A stretch of DNA of 64,000 bases, taken from an uncultured Actinomycetes bacterium (GTDB lineage Bacteria > Actinomycetota > UBA4738 > JACQTL01). Positions 1 to 9,345 of this stretch are shown piece by piece. The notes beneath the pieces are model-generated. The model was given only the letters and a program-made list of their open reading frames with translations. It was not told the origin of the DNA and did no database searches. The stretch is from NCBI GenBank assembly GCA_963707645.1, contig CAVPQW010000005.1:427309-491308 (forward strand), written 5' to 3'. The position numbers were made by a program, and so were the translations under genes. Positions within the stretch are counted from its first letter, which is position 1. Each line of letters starts with the position of its first letter.

Positions 1-1
1 A

Positions 2-283
2 GGGAACTCCGGGATGTGGCTCCAGTGGGCCGTGTGGGACATCATCGAGCGCAACGACATCGTGCTGAAGGCGATGGAACGCAAGATCGAGGCGCTGACC
101 GCCCGCCACGGCCAGCAGATCCGCAACGTCCGGGACGACGTCCAGGCTCTCCGGGACGAGCTCGAGGCGCTGCACAAGGAGATCGCGGCCTCCCGTGAGC
201 CGGCCGAGCCCTCGGCGGACCCGCCGAAGGAAGCCGAGCCGTCCGTGGCCTCGCCCGAGGCTCTGCCTGCAGACTCCCAGTAG
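2..283 (+). CDS. 3' end of a gene starting upstream of the window; coiled-coil C-terminal fragment, function unknown
   Basis: Frame is open to the window edge. Translation ...WDIIERNDIVLKAMERKIEALTARHGQQIRNVRDDVQALRDELEALHKEIAAS... is heptad-like, followed by a Pro/Glu/Ala-rich tail. TAG at 281-283. Confidence 0.5.
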   Translation, partial: GNSGMWLQWAVWDIIERNDIVLKAMERKIEALTARHGQQIRNVRDDVQALRDELEALHKEIAASREPAEPSADPPKEAEPSVASPEALPADSQ

Positions 284-299
284 GCCTGTGAGCGGCCGC

Positions 300-1523
300 A
301 TGCGGATCGACTGGTTCAGCCCGCTTCCCCCGCACAAGTCCGGGATCGGCGAGTACTCCGTCCAGCTGCTCCCGTTCGTCGCCGAGGAGGCAGAGGTCAC
401 GGTTGTGTCGCCCGCGGCGGGGATGTTCAAGAAGCTTCAGACGCCCCCCGGGATCGGCTGGATCACTCCGGAGAAGTGGAAGGCCCGGCCGCAGGGTGAT
501 GCCGTCCCGATCTACCACCTGGGGAACAACGCCTACCACCGGTATTGCTACGAGGCGGCCATGAAGCGGCCCGGCGTGTCGGTGTTCCACGACATCGTGA
601 TGCACCACATGCTGGCCGACGTCCTCGTCGAGAACCCCGGCCCGCGCAAGCACTGGGACATCTACGAGCGCATCCTCCGCGGCGAGCACGGCGAGACCGG
701 CACCAGGCTGGCCGGGCTCCGGCAGCGGGGCATCGCCAGCGACTTCGAGAAGTTCCTGTTCCCGCTGTTCTCCCATATCGCGAAACGGTCGCGGGTGATC
801 GTCACGCACAGCGACGAGATGCGGGACCGGATCGCGTGGGAGGTGCCGAACGTGCCGATCCACGTGATCCCGCATTTCGCGCCGCCCCGGCCGGACGAGC
901 TGAAGACCATGACCAAGGAGACGGCCCGCCGCGCGCTCAACCTGCCCCAGGGGGTGCCGATCGTGGGGTTCCTCGGGTACGTCACGACGCCGAAGCAGCC
1001 CGAGGCCGTGATCGAGGGGTTCGCCATGCTGGCCCGGGAGCGCCCGGACGCGAAGCTCGTGCTGGTCGGTCGCGACCACACCGGCGGGCGGCTCGCGAGG
1101 TGGACCGACCGGCCGGAGCTCAAGGGGAAGATCCGGCTGACGGGGTTCGTGGACCTGATCGAGTTCTACCGCTACCTGCTGGCGTGCGATGTGGTCGTGA
1201 ACCTCCGGTACCCGACCGTGGTCGAGTCGAGCGGGACGAACGCCCGCGCCCTGGCCGAAGGACGCCCCCTCGTGGTCAGCAACGTGGGGGCCTTCGCCGA
1301 GCTGCCCGACGACGCGTGCTGCAAGGTCGAGATCGACGAGGACCAGGGCGCGGCCGTCGGAAAGCACCTGGTGCGGCTGTTCAAGGATCAGCCGTTCATG
1401 GACTCGATCGTGCAGAAGGGCCGCGAGTACGCGGAGAAATGGCTCGACTCGCGGGAGATCGGCCACGCGTTCGTGGATGCCGCGCGGGCCGCGCAGGCGC
1501 CGCCTGCGCAACGCACCGCCTGA
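300..1523 (+). CDS. Glycosyltransferase family 4 (GT-B, group 1)
   Basis: ATG at 300 within ORF 195..1523. N-terminus 'MRIDWFSPLPPHKSGIGEYS' and C-terminal 'VVNLRYPTVVESSGTNARALAEGRPLVVSNVGAFAEL' fit the GT4 E-x7-E region. Confidence 0.85.
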   Translation: MRIDWFSPLPPHKSGIGEYSVQLLPFVAEEAEVTVVSPAAGMFKKLQTPPGIGWITPEKWKARPQGDAVPIYHLGNNAYHRYCYEAAMKRPGVSVFHDIVMHHMLADVLVENPGPRKHWDIYERILRGEHGETGTRLAGLRQRGIASDFEKFLFPLFSHIAKRSRVIVTHSDEMRDRIAWEVPNVPIHVIPHFAPPRPDELKTMTKETARRALNLPQGVPIVGFLGYVTTPKQPEAVIEGFAMLARERPDAKLVLVGRDHTGGRLARWTDRPELKGKIRLTGFVDLIEFYRYLLACDVVVNLRYPTVVESSGTNARALAEGRPLVVSNVGAFAELPDDACCKVEIDEDQGAAVGKHLVRLFKDQPFMDSIVQKGREYAEKWLDSREIGHAFVDAARAAQAPPAQRTA

Positions 1524-1533
1524 CTCGCCGCCC

Positions 1534-2739
1534 TCAGCGGGCGGGGATCCGGTCCGCCGGGACCGGCGCCGGCAGCTCCACCTCGACCTCGAGCCCGCCG
1601 CCCGCGCGAGCGGAGGCGTGCACGCCGCCGCCGTGGGCCTCCGCCACCGCACGCACGATCGCGAGGCCGAGCCCGACCCCACGATCCGAGCGCACCCGGT
1701 CCTGGTCGCCGCGCCGGAACGGCTCGAACAGCGCGTCGACGTCCTCGATCCGGTTGCCGTCGCCGCTGTTGCGGACCGAGAGCGCCAGGCCGGGACCTTC
1801 GGCGCCGGTGCGCACCTCGACCCAGCCCCCCTCGCGGTTGTAGCGGATCGCGTTCTCGACCAGGTTCTCGATCAGACGCTCCAGCAGGACCTCGTCGCCC
1901 CGGACGGCTGCCGGATCGAGCGCCCGGCCCAGCCGGATGGAACGCGCCTCGGCTTCCTCGGTCTTGCGTGACAGCGCCCGGTTCGCCAGGACCGCGAGGT
2001 CCACCTCGTCGTTGCCGATCGTCGAGCCTTCGGTGCGCGCGAGGGTCAGCAGGCTGTCGATGAGGCGGTCGCTGCGGTCGGTGGCCTGGCGGACCACCTC
2101 GGCCATCCCCTCGAGCTCCTCACGGGAGGGGTCGGGGTTGGACATCGTGACGTCGAGCTCGGCACGGATGATCGACAGCGGGGTCCGGAGCTCGTGCGAA
2201 GCGTTGGCGACGAACCGCCGCTGGCTGTCGAACGCCGAGTCCAGCCGGGCGAGCATCGCGTCGAACGTGTCGGCCAGCTCCTTCAGCTCGTCCTCGGGGC
2301 CCTGGAGGTCGATCCGCTCGTGGAGCGTCTCGCCGGACAGGCGGCGGGCGGCTCCGGTGATCTGCTTGAGCGGGCGGAGCGCGCGGCCGGCGACGAGCCA
2401 GCCGAGGCCGAAGCACAGGACCGCCAGCGCGGCGAACGCGGCGATCGACTGCACGACAAGTGCGTGCAGGGCGTCGCTGCGCAGCCCCTCGGCCGCCTCG
2501 CGGAGCAGCGTCTCCAGCCTTCGGTACGCCGACAGCGGCGGCGCGGGGAACGTGAACAGCGAGTGCCCGAGGCGGATCTCGATCCGTTCCTGCAGGACCC
2601 GGGGGTCGACCGTCAGGCTCCGCCGGACCAGGAGGTAGTTCACGAGCAGGAGCACCGCGCCGACCGCGAGGAACAGCCCGCCGTACAGCAGGGTGAGTCG
2701 GAGGCGGACCGTCGGCTGGAAGTGCTTCCGCAGCCTCAC
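1534..2739 (-). CDS. Sensor histidine kinase (two TM, HAMP, HisKA, HATPase_c)
   Basis: H-box 'ASHELRTPLS', N-box 'LVENAIRYN', G-boxes 'RSDRGVGLGLAIV'. GTG start 2739 overlaps the regulator stop (GTGA at 2736-2739). The rest of ORF 1534..3450 upstream is Arg-rich junk. Confidence 0.9.
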   Translation of the reverse strand: MRLRKHFQPTVRLRLTLLYGGLFLAVGAVLLLVNYLLVRRSLTVDPRVLQERIEIRLGHSLFTFPAPPLSAYRRLETLLREAAEGLRSDALHALVVQSIAAFAALAVLCFGLGWLVAGRALRPLKQITGAARRLSGETLHERIDLQGPEDELKELADTFDAMLARLDSAFDSQRRFVANASHELRTPLSIIRAELDVTMSNPDPSREELEGMAEVVRQATDRSDRLIDSLLTLARTEGSTIGNDEVDLAVLANRALSRKTEEAEARSIRLGRALDPAAVRGDEVLLERLIENLVENAIRYNREGGWVEVRTGAEGPGLALSVRNSGDGNRIEDVDALFEPFRRGDQDRVRSDRGVGLGLAIVRAVAEAHGGGVHASARAGGGLEVEVELPAPVPADRIPAR

Positions 2740-3389
2740 AGCCGGTACCCCGCGCCGATCACGGTCTCGATGACCGGCGGTTCCCCGAGCTTGCGGCGGA
2801 CGTTCATCACGGTCACGCGGATGACGTTCGTGAACGGGTCGGTGTTCTCGTCCCACGCCCGCTCGAGCAGCTGCTCGGCGCTGACCACGGCGCCCTCTGC
2901 CTCCATGAGCGTCTGCAGCACGGCGAACTCCTTGCGGGCGAGCGGAACCGCCTCGCCGGCGCGCGTCACGAGATGGGCGGCCGGGTCGAGCCGGAGGTCG
3001 CCCCGCTCGAGCACCGGCGGGCGTGCGCTCGGCGGGCGCCGGGCGAGCGCGCGCACGCGTGCCACGAGCTCGGGGAACGCGAACGGCTTGCCGAGATAGT
3101 CGTCGGCGCCCAGCGCGAGCCCGTCGACCAGGTCGTCGACGCCGCCCGACGCGGTGAGCATGATGACGCGCGGGGCGTCCTCGCGGCCGACGATCTCGCG
3201 GCACACGTCGTCGCCGTGCACGACCGGCAGGTCGCGGTCGAGGACCACGACGTCGTATGCGTTCACGGCGACCTTGTCGAGCGCCGACCGGCCGTCCCCG
3301 GCCACGTCGACGGCCATGCCCTCCTGCCGGAGCCCGCGCGCGACGGCGTTCGCCAGCAGGTCCTCGTCCTCCACCACGAGCACACGCAC
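2736..3389 (-). CDS. OmpR/PhoB-family response regulator
   Basis: REC domain 'MRVLVVEDEDLL...YDVVVLDRDLP...' plus winged-helix C-terminus 'NVIRVTVMNVRRKLGEPPVIETVIGAGYRL'. Confidence 0.92.
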   Translation of the reverse strand: MRVLVVEDEDLLANAVARGLRQEGMAVDVAGDGRSALDKVAVNAYDVVVLDRDLPVVHGDDVCREIVGREDAPRVIMLTASGGVDDLVDGLALGADDYLGKPFAFPELVARVRALARRPPSARPPVLERGDLRLDPAAHLVTRAGEAVPLARKEFAVLQTLMEAEGAVVSAEQLLERAWDENTDPFTNVIRVTVMNVRRKLGEPPVIETVIGAGYRL

Positions 3390-3545
3390 TCGAATCCTCC
3401 CCGGGGGCGTCAGGCGCAGGGGCAGCGTACCCGCGGACCGAGGATGGCAAGTGCTCCGCTCCTTACGGAGAACTTATGGGCGGACCGCTTGGATTCCGCC
3501 GGGCGGACGGCCCGCGGTTCGCCACGATCCTGGGAGGAGCAGCCA

Positions 3546-3983
3546 TTGGCTCGCCGAACGGTCCGGCTCGCTGCCGGATTGCTGATGGTGGTCCTCATGT
3601 TCTCCGCGTGCGGCGGAGGCGGGGAGGAGAACGAAGGCGCGGGAACCGAGAACTGCGACGGCCCGCCCCTCAGCTCGGAGGAGATCAAGCTTCCGGCCGA
3701 CTTCCCGATCCCCGGCGAAGCCAAGCTGACGACGTCGAGTGAGGCCGGGCCGTCGCAGGTCGTCGAGGGGTACTGGGAGGGCGACCTCCAGTCCGCCTAC
3801 GACGGGTGGAAGGACGCGCTGGACGGCGCCGGCTACGCGATCCTGTTCGACGAGATCGAGGATGCGGACTCGGAGATCTCCTACGAGTCGCCCGACCAGT
3901 CGTCCACCGGCCAGATCGCGCTCCGGTCGGAGTGCCAGCAGAGCGACCGAACGTTCGTGCACATCACGAACAGGCCCGCCTGA
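3546..3983 (+). CDS. Putative lipoprotein, function unknown
   Basis: RBS GGGAGGAG (3532-3539) lies 6 nt before TTG 3546. Signal 'LARRTVRLAAGLLMVVLMFSAC' has a lipobox Cys. Acidic mature part. Alternative ATG at 3444 in the same frame. Divergent from the two-component operon. Confidence 0.7.
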   Translation: MARRTVRLAAGLLMVVLMFSACGGGGEENEGAGTENCDGPPLSSEEIKLPADFPIPGEAKLTTSSEAGPSQVVEGYWEGDLQSAYDGWKDALDGAGYAILFDEIEDADSEISYESPDQSSTGQIALRSECQQSDRTFVHITNRPA

Positions 3984-4049
3984 CCGAGAGGCGCGGCGCG
4001 CCGGGTCCGGAAGCGGACGCCCGGGCCCGGCGCACGCGCCTCTCGGTCA
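3981..4049. repeat. Perfect 15-bp inverted repeat (tgaccgagaggcgcg / cgcgcctctcggtca) separated by 39 nt
   Basis: Arms at 3981-3995 and 4035-4049 are exact reverse complements. The left arm includes the lipoprotein stop codon. Confidence 0.85.
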
Positions 4050-4060
4050 GCGGTCGCCAC

Positions 4061-4103
4061 GGAGAAGGCCCGGGTCCCCCCGGGCCTTCTCCGTTTGTCG
4101 TTG
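4061..4103 (+). terminator. Rho-independent-type terminator between convergent genes
   Basis: 12-14 bp GC stem ggagaaggcccg(g) / (c)cgggccttctcc (4061-4092) followed by gtttgtcgtt. Confidence 0.7.
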
Positions 4104-4125
4104 GATCGGACGTCGGTCGGGCGGA

Positions 4126-5682
4126 TTACGTCACCGGTTCCGCTCCGAGCGGGACGTCACCGGTGGTCGATCGCCGGGCCAGGCCGACGACGCCGAGGAC
4201 CCACAGCCCGAGGAACGAGGCGATGACCAGGAACGGCGTCCACGACAGCCCGGTCAGGAACAGCACGCCGATCGCGAGGGCCACGCCGGTCCAGATGAAC
4301 ACCGTCTCGCGGGCCGCCACGTAGGCCTCGATCCGCTGCGCCCGCTCGCCGCCGGTCGCCCGCTTGACGGCGGCGGCCGCTCGCACGAGCCATGCTGGTC
4401 GGCCGGCGAGGTAGGCGACGATCGCCACCACCGCCCCGACGATCAGGACGGCGATCAGGAGCATGCGCAGCCCGTGCACCACCGCGGCCACGGTGTCCCG
4501 CACCGCTTCCCGGCCGCTGGGGTTCTTCACCTTGTCAACGATCGCCTCCTGGAGCTTGCGTACGACCGCCGCGGCAAGCACCACCGCCACCGCTGCCCCG
4601 ATGGCGATCTGCACGACGGTCCTCCGGCGCCGCCTCGACAGCACGATGGCGATCGCCGCAAGGACGAGCGGCAGGATCAGTGCGACGACGAAGAGCTTGT
4701 CGAACACTTTCACCGCGTCCTGCGCCGCCGCGAGGGAGTCCGACTGGAACACCACGGGCTGGGCGAAGTCCGCCGGCAGGGAACGACCGAACTCGGCCGA
4801 CAGGGCCTGGACCGCTCCGGCGGGGTCGGTCAGCGGGTCGACGCCCGTCGGCACTGTGTGGCCCTGCAGCACGAACGAGACGTGCTCCTGAAGGAACTCG
4901 AGGCCGCGGTACAGCAGCGGCACGAGGTTCAGCCGCACCTCGCCGTTCGGCCCGGTAACGAGGCGCGTCGTATCCCCACGGAGGAGCTTGATCGCGGCGT
5001 CGTGCGCGACCCGGTTCACCTCGACCCACGCGTTGTGGAACGTGTCGCTCCCGATGAACGTCGTGAGCTGGTCCTGGACGATCGTCCGCACCCGGTCCGC
5101 CACCACGCCGATCAGCGGATCGAGCTGGGAGGGCAGCGCCTGCTCCACCGTTCCCTGGAGGTCGACGACCTCGGTGACCTTCGTCACGACGAACTGCGAG
5201 GCGGCTTCGGCCACCCCGGGCTCCTGCGGGAGCGGCCCGACGATCTTCAGCCAGGCGTTCGTGTCGAACACCGTCCGGTGCGCCCAGGCCGACGTGACGG
5301 CGAGGATCACGCTGATCGAGGTCAGGAGCACCAGCATGCCGACGAGCACCGAACGGGCCCGGCCCCGCTTGCGCCCGGTCGCGGCAGGCTCGTCCCCCCC
5401 GGTCGAGGCGGCCGCAGGGACCGGTTTGCCGTCGAGCGGCTCGAAGCTCTCGGTCACCGCGGATTGCTGGTCGCCGCTGGCCTCGTCCGCTGCGGGCTCG
5501 GCGACGGTGTCAACCGCGGGCTCGGCGGCGTCCGCCTCCGCCGTGGGCTCGTCGCCCTCCGACTCATTGACGGCGTCGCTCTCCGCAGGCTGCGCGTCCG
5601 CGGCCGGGAAGCGTTCACCCTCGTCGCCGGGTTCCGGGCCCTCCGCCCGTTCCGACGGTTCGTCCTCGCCTACGTCCCCCAT
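4126..5682 (-). CDS. Polytopic membrane protein with acidic disordered N-terminus, function unknown
   Basis: ATG 5682 ('MGDVGEDEPSE...'). One TM after the RKRGR patch, a large soluble segment, then at least 5 hydrophobic helices at the C-terminus. Protein-like composition throughout. Confidence 0.75.
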   Translation of the reverse strand: MGDVGEDEPSERAEGPEPGDEGERFPAADAQPAESDAVNESEGDEPTAEADAAEPAVDTVAEPAADEASGDQQSAVTESFEPLDGKPVPAAASTGGDEPAATGRKRGRARSVLVGMLVLLTSISVILAVTSAWAHRTVFDTNAWLKIVGPLPQEPGVAEAASQFVVTKVTEVVDLQGTVEQALPSQLDPLIGVVADRVRTIVQDQLTTFIGSDTFHNAWVEVNRVAHDAAIKLLRGDTTRLVTGPNGEVRLNLVPLLYRGLEFLQEHVSFVLQGHTVPTGVDPLTDPAGAVQALSAEFGRSLPADFAQPVVFQSDSLAAAQDAVKVFDKLFVVALILPLVLAAIAIVLSRRRRRTVVQIAIGAAVAVVLAAAVVRKLQEAIVDKVKNPSGREAVRDTVAAVVHGLRMLLIAVLIVGAVVAIVAYLAGRPAWLVRAAAAVKRATGGERAQRIEAYVAARETVFIWTGVALAIGVLFLTGLSWTPFLVIASFLGLWVLGVVGLARRSTTGDVPLGAEPVT

Positions 5683-5915
5683 CGAACACACCTCCCATGA
5701 TCCTCCGTGAGGCTCCCACACGGAGGATCGCGTGCATCACCCCCACGGGGGGATGATGCACGCGCACCGCGGGCCGCATTGTCCGGCGGGTCACGGCTCG
5801 ACGCGAGGGAGCAGCCAGTGCCTAGGGGGGAACCAAGGAACGCCGCGGGCCGGGCCGGCCGCGTTGCGACGACCCCCCCGAGCAGCCGGCGTAACGATGG
5901 GCTCGCCCCGGGCCC

Positions 5916-8408
5916 ATGACGACCGACCAACAGGACGCCGGGCGGGGCGTCGAAGCCGCGACGACGTCCGTGGCGACCGACCCGCACGCCAAGCCACCGC
6001 GGCGCGGTCGGGGCGGGAACGGCCGCCCGTCGCTCCCCCGGTCCCGCCAGGATCTCGACGTCCGGTTCTTCTCCTCCGCGAGCGACGCCCCGGTCTCGCG
6101 CCGGCCGGCCGACGTCGCGCTGCTCGTGCTGTCGATCCTCGTCCTCGTCCTGTTCGCGTTCATGGAGTCCACCGGCGACTGGCAGAACAGGCCCCTCGTC
6201 AACGCCATCCGCGCCTTCGCAGGGCTGTTCGGGGGGTTCTGGGAGATCTCGTACGACCTGCTGATCATCTGGTCCGTCGTGCTGCTCGCCGCCTCGGTGC
6301 TGGGCCGGCATCGGCTGCCGCTCCTCCGCGACCAGGTGCTCGCGGCGCCACTCGCGGTCGGGATCGGCGTTGTGGCCTGCCGGCTGACCATCGGGGAGTG
6401 GCCGGGGCTCTGGCATGCGATCAGCGGCGACGGCCCCCCGGCGACGTTCCCGTCGTTCCGGGTGGCGATCGCCACGGCGATCATCGTGACGTCCTCGCCG
6501 CATCTCGGCCGGCCGCTGCGCTATTTCGGACGGTGGGTCGTCGCGTTTGGCGCCCTGGCCGCGATCGCCCTCGAGACCGCGGACCCGGTCGGCGTCGCCG
6601 CTGGGTTCGCCGCCGCGCTCGCGGCGGGGGCGGCCATCCATCTCATCTTCGGGTCACCGGGCGGGCTGCCGACGCCCGGCCACATGACGCGCGCCCTCCG
6701 GTCGCTCGGCGTGGAGGCCCACGACCTCCGCCCGACCGACCTCGCGCCGCGCGGCGTCGCGATCGTATTCGGGAAGGGACCGGAGGACGAGCCGCTGCTG
6801 GTCAAGGTGTACGGGCGGGACGCCTACGACGGCCAGTTCCTCTCGTCCGCGTGGTCCTCGATCTGGTACCGGGACGAGGTCCCCCGGTTCACGGTGACCC
6901 GCCTCCAGCAGGTCGAACACGAGGCGTTCCTGACACTGATCGCGGAACGGAGGGGTGCCCCGGTGCTCCCGATCGTGGCCGCCGGCGAGGCGGGCGGGGG
7001 CGACGCGATCCTCGTCCTTCGGGCGACCGGCAGGCCGATGGCGGAGCTCGACGAGGTGTCCGACGACCTGCTCCACGCGACGTGGAACGCGCTCTCGGCG
7101 TCGCATGCCCTCGGGATCTCGCACGGCCAGGTCGACGCGGGAAGGTGCTACGTCCAGGACGACGGAACGGTGCTGCTCGGGGAGCTGTACGACGCCACGG
7201 TGGGGGCCGGGCAGCTCGATCTTCTGGCCGACCGGGCGCAGCTGCTCGTCTCGACGGCGCAGGTCACCTCCGACGAGCGGGCGGTGCGCGCCATGGTCGA
7301 CGCCCTCGGCCCCGAGGCCGTGACGGAGACGCTGCCGTTCCTCCAGCCGGCCGCGATGACGCCCGCGACCAAGCGGTGGCTGCGGCAGTCCGGGCGGAAC
7401 CTCGACGGGCTCCGCACGCTGGCGGCCGAGTCGGTCGGCGCGGAGGTCCCGAAGCTCGTCCAGCTCCGCCGGATCACCTGGGGGTCCGTCCTCAAGCTCG
7501 CGGCGATCCTCCTCGCGACGTACATCATCATCAGCGGGATCACCGGGCTCGGGCTCGACACGGTCGCCGAGCAGTTCCGGAACGCGAACTACGCCTGGCT
7601 GTGGGCGGCGTTCTTCCTCGCCCCCGTCGTCGCGGTCGCGGACGCGTTCGTCACGCTCGGCGCCTCGATCCGGCCGCTCCGGCTGGGGCCCGTCATCGCG
7701 CTGCAGCTCGCCATCCGGTTCATCAGCCTGGTCATGCCGACCACGGCCGGACGCGTAGCGCTCACCGTCCGGTTCTTCTCCAAGTCGGGGCTCCCCGGTG
7801 CCTCCGCGATCACGGTGGGCGCGCTCGACGGCGTCTCCGGGTTCGTGGTGCAGCTGATCCTGCTCCTGGTGCTGTCGCTGTCGGGAGCCGGCAGTCTCGA
7901 GGGGATCTTCGGGGGCCAGGGTGGCGATGGTGGTCTGAGCTGGCTCATCGTCGTCGGCCTTGCCGTCCTCATCGTCGGGGCGGTCGTCGCGATGGTGGTG
8001 TCACAGCGCCTGCGGCTGTGGGTGCGCGCCCGGTTCGAGGAAGCCCGCGAGCCGCTGCAGGTCCTTCGTTCTCCCTCGAAGATCGGACTTCTCCTCGGAG
8101 GGAACCTCCTGGGGCAGGTCGTCTCGGCCGTGGTGCTGGACTGGACGCTGATCGCGTTCCACCAGCAGGCCTCGCTCGGCGAGCTCCTCTACCTCAACAC
8201 CATCGTGTCGATGTTCGCCGGGTTCATGCCGGTCCCGGGCGGCATCGGCGTGTACGAGGCCGCCCTCACGGCCGGCCTCGTGGCGATCGGGATCCCCGAG
8301 GCGAGCGCGCTCGCGATCGCCCTCGCCTACCGCCTGGTGACCTACTACCTGCCGCCCATCTACGGTGGCGTCGCGATGCGCTGGCTCCGACAGCGGGACT
8401 ACCTGTGA
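5916..8408 (+). CDS. Large membrane fusion protein: N-terminal TM block, central kinase-like soluble region, C-terminal flippase-like (LPG_synthase_TM/UPF0104, MprF-type) domain
   Basis: 830-aa intact ORF. The C-terminal ~300 aa follow the UPF0104 pattern ('RRITWGSVLKLAA...', 'GFMPVPGGIGVYEAALTAGL', 'AYRLVTYYLPPIYG'). The central part has 'LLVKVYGRD' and 'HALGISHGQVDAGRCYV'. Confidence 0.8.
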   Translation: MTTDQQDAGRGVEAATTSVATDPHAKPPRRGRGGNGRPSLPRSRQDLDVRFFSSASDAPVSRRPADVALLVLSILVLVLFAFMESTGDWQNRPLVNAIRAFAGLFGGFWEISYDLLIIWSVVLLAASVLGRHRLPLLRDQVLAAPLAVGIGVVACRLTIGEWPGLWHAISGDGPPATFPSFRVAIATAIIVTSSPHLGRPLRYFGRWVVAFGALAAIALETADPVGVAAGFAAALAAGAAIHLIFGSPGGLPTPGHMTRALRSLGVEAHDLRPTDLAPRGVAIVFGKGPEDEPLLVKVYGRDAYDGQFLSSAWSSIWYRDEVPRFTVTRLQQVEHEAFLTLIAERRGAPVLPIVAAGEAGGGDAILVLRATGRPMAELDEVSDDLLHATWNALSASHALGISHGQVDAGRCYVQDDGTVLLGELYDATVGAGQLDLLADRAQLLVSTAQVTSDERAVRAMVDALGPEAVTETLPFLQPAAMTPATKRWLRQSGRNLDGLRTLAAESVGAEVPKLVQLRRITWGSVLKLAAILLATYIIISGITGLGLDTVAEQFRNANYAWLWAAFFLAPVVAVADAFVTLGASIRPLRLGPVIALQLAIRFISLVMPTTAGRVALTVRFFSKSGLPGASAITVGALDGVSGFVVQLILLLVLSLSGAGSLEGIFGGQGGDGGLSWLIVVGLAVLIVGAVVAMVVSQRLRLWVRARFEEAREPLQVLRSPSKIGLLLGGNLLGQVVSAVVLDWTLIAFHQQASLGELLYLNTIVSMFAGFMPVPGGIGVYEAALTAGLVAIGIPEASALAIALAYRLVTYYLPPIYGGVAMRWLRQRDYL

Positions 8409-8421
8409 TGGAGAGGGGATC

Positions 8422-8841
8422 ATGAGCGACGAACCCGGCCGGGGAACCGAGTACACGCCGACCACAGGCCGCCCGGCGGGCTGGGCGGGGTTCCCCATCT
8501 TCGCGGCCCTGCTTCTCATGCTGGCCGGCGGGGCGAACATCATCTCGGGCCTCGTCGCCCTCGTGAAGGACGAGATCCCGGTGCCCGACCCCGTCCTGCT
8601 CGATGTGACGGCGTGGGGGTGGGTGGCGATCGTGCTCGGCGCGCTCGGGATCATCGTGGGCCTCGGCGTGCTCGCCGGGCAGACCTGGGCGGTGGTCGCT
8701 GGGGTCGCGTTCGCCGTGGTCAACGGCTTCGCGCACATGGCCTTGCTGCCGTCGTACCCGGCGCGGTCCCTCGTCGTGATCGGGCTCGACGTGCTGATCG
8801 TGTACGCGCTGACGGTCCACGGACGGGACCTCCGGACCTAG
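8422..8841 (+). CDS. DUF7144-like small membrane protein
   Basis: ATG 8422 after ggagagggga. 'GWAGFPIFAALLLMLAGGANIISGLVAL...DVTAWGWVAIVLGALGIIVGLGVLAGQTWA...LDVLIVYALTVHG' matches the family pattern as I recall it. Confidence 0.7.
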   Translation: MSDEPGRGTEYTPTTGRPAGWAGFPIFAALLLMLAGGANIISGLVALVKDEIPVPDPVLLDVTAWGWVAIVLGALGIIVGLGVLAGQTWAVVAGVAFAVVNGFAHMALLPSYPARSLVVIGLDVLIVYALTVHGRDLRT

Positions 8842-8860
8842 GGACCGCTCAGGAGGCCGG

Positions 8861-9343
8861 TCAGGCCCCGCCGGGTACGTGCGAGCCCAGGCCCCAGTCG
8901 TACAGCACCGCAGTGTCCACGATGAGGTCCTGCAGGGAACGGTTCCTGCGGTCGAAAACCGCGAGCACCAAACCCGCCGGGAACACCACGCAGGTCACCG
9001 CACGAACGATCGCCCGGACGATCCCGAGCTTGGCCCCGCTGCCCCGCACGACGCGGAGGCCGAGGAGGATGTCGCCGGGGCTGCGTCCCGTCGTCGCCCA
9101 CGACACCGAAAGCACCCCCACGGCGAGGAGCCCGAACAACAGGACCGTCTGCCACGCCTCCAGTGTGGGAAGCCGGACCCCGAGCCGGGGGCGGACCATG
9201 AACCGGGCCATCGCGATCGTTCCGATGATCGCGATGTGCAGCACGATCACGACGATCCCGTCGATGATCGACGCCGCCATCCGCGTGATGAACCCGGCCC
9301 GGTCCCCCCGCAGGACGCGGCTGATCGGGGCCTGTTCGACCAT
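8861..9343 (-). CDS. RDD family membrane protein
   Basis: 'GFITRMAASIIDGIVVIVL...', 'GRSPGDILLGLRVV', 'RRNRSLQDLIVDTAVLY' is the RDD signature. ATG 9343 lies 2 nt after the upstream gene stop (TGA 9346-9348); GTG 9349 is an alternative. Confidence 0.8.
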   Translation of the reverse strand: MVEQAPISRVLRGDRAGFITRMAASIIDGIVVIVLHIAIIGTIAMARFMVRPRLGVRLPTLEAWQTVLLFGLLAVGVLSVSWATTGRSPGDILLGLRVVRGSGAKLGIVRAIVRAVTCVVFPAGLVLAVFDRRNRSLQDLIVDTAVLYDWGLGSHVPGGA

Positions 9344-9345
9344 GG

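Noticed and set aside
42-1682. Very long off-frame or antisense ORFs in the track. Examples: 42..1682 -, 3739..5700 +, 5732..8425 +, 8879..10348 +, 23080..25209 +, 36905..39376 +, 46356..48008 -, 57330..58898 + and 58341..59714 -.
   Set aside because: Their translations are dominated by Arg/Pro/Gly/Ala runs with no family motifs. They lie opposite or out of frame to ORFs with clear family signatures. This is the expected artefact of ~70% GC, where stop codons are rare.
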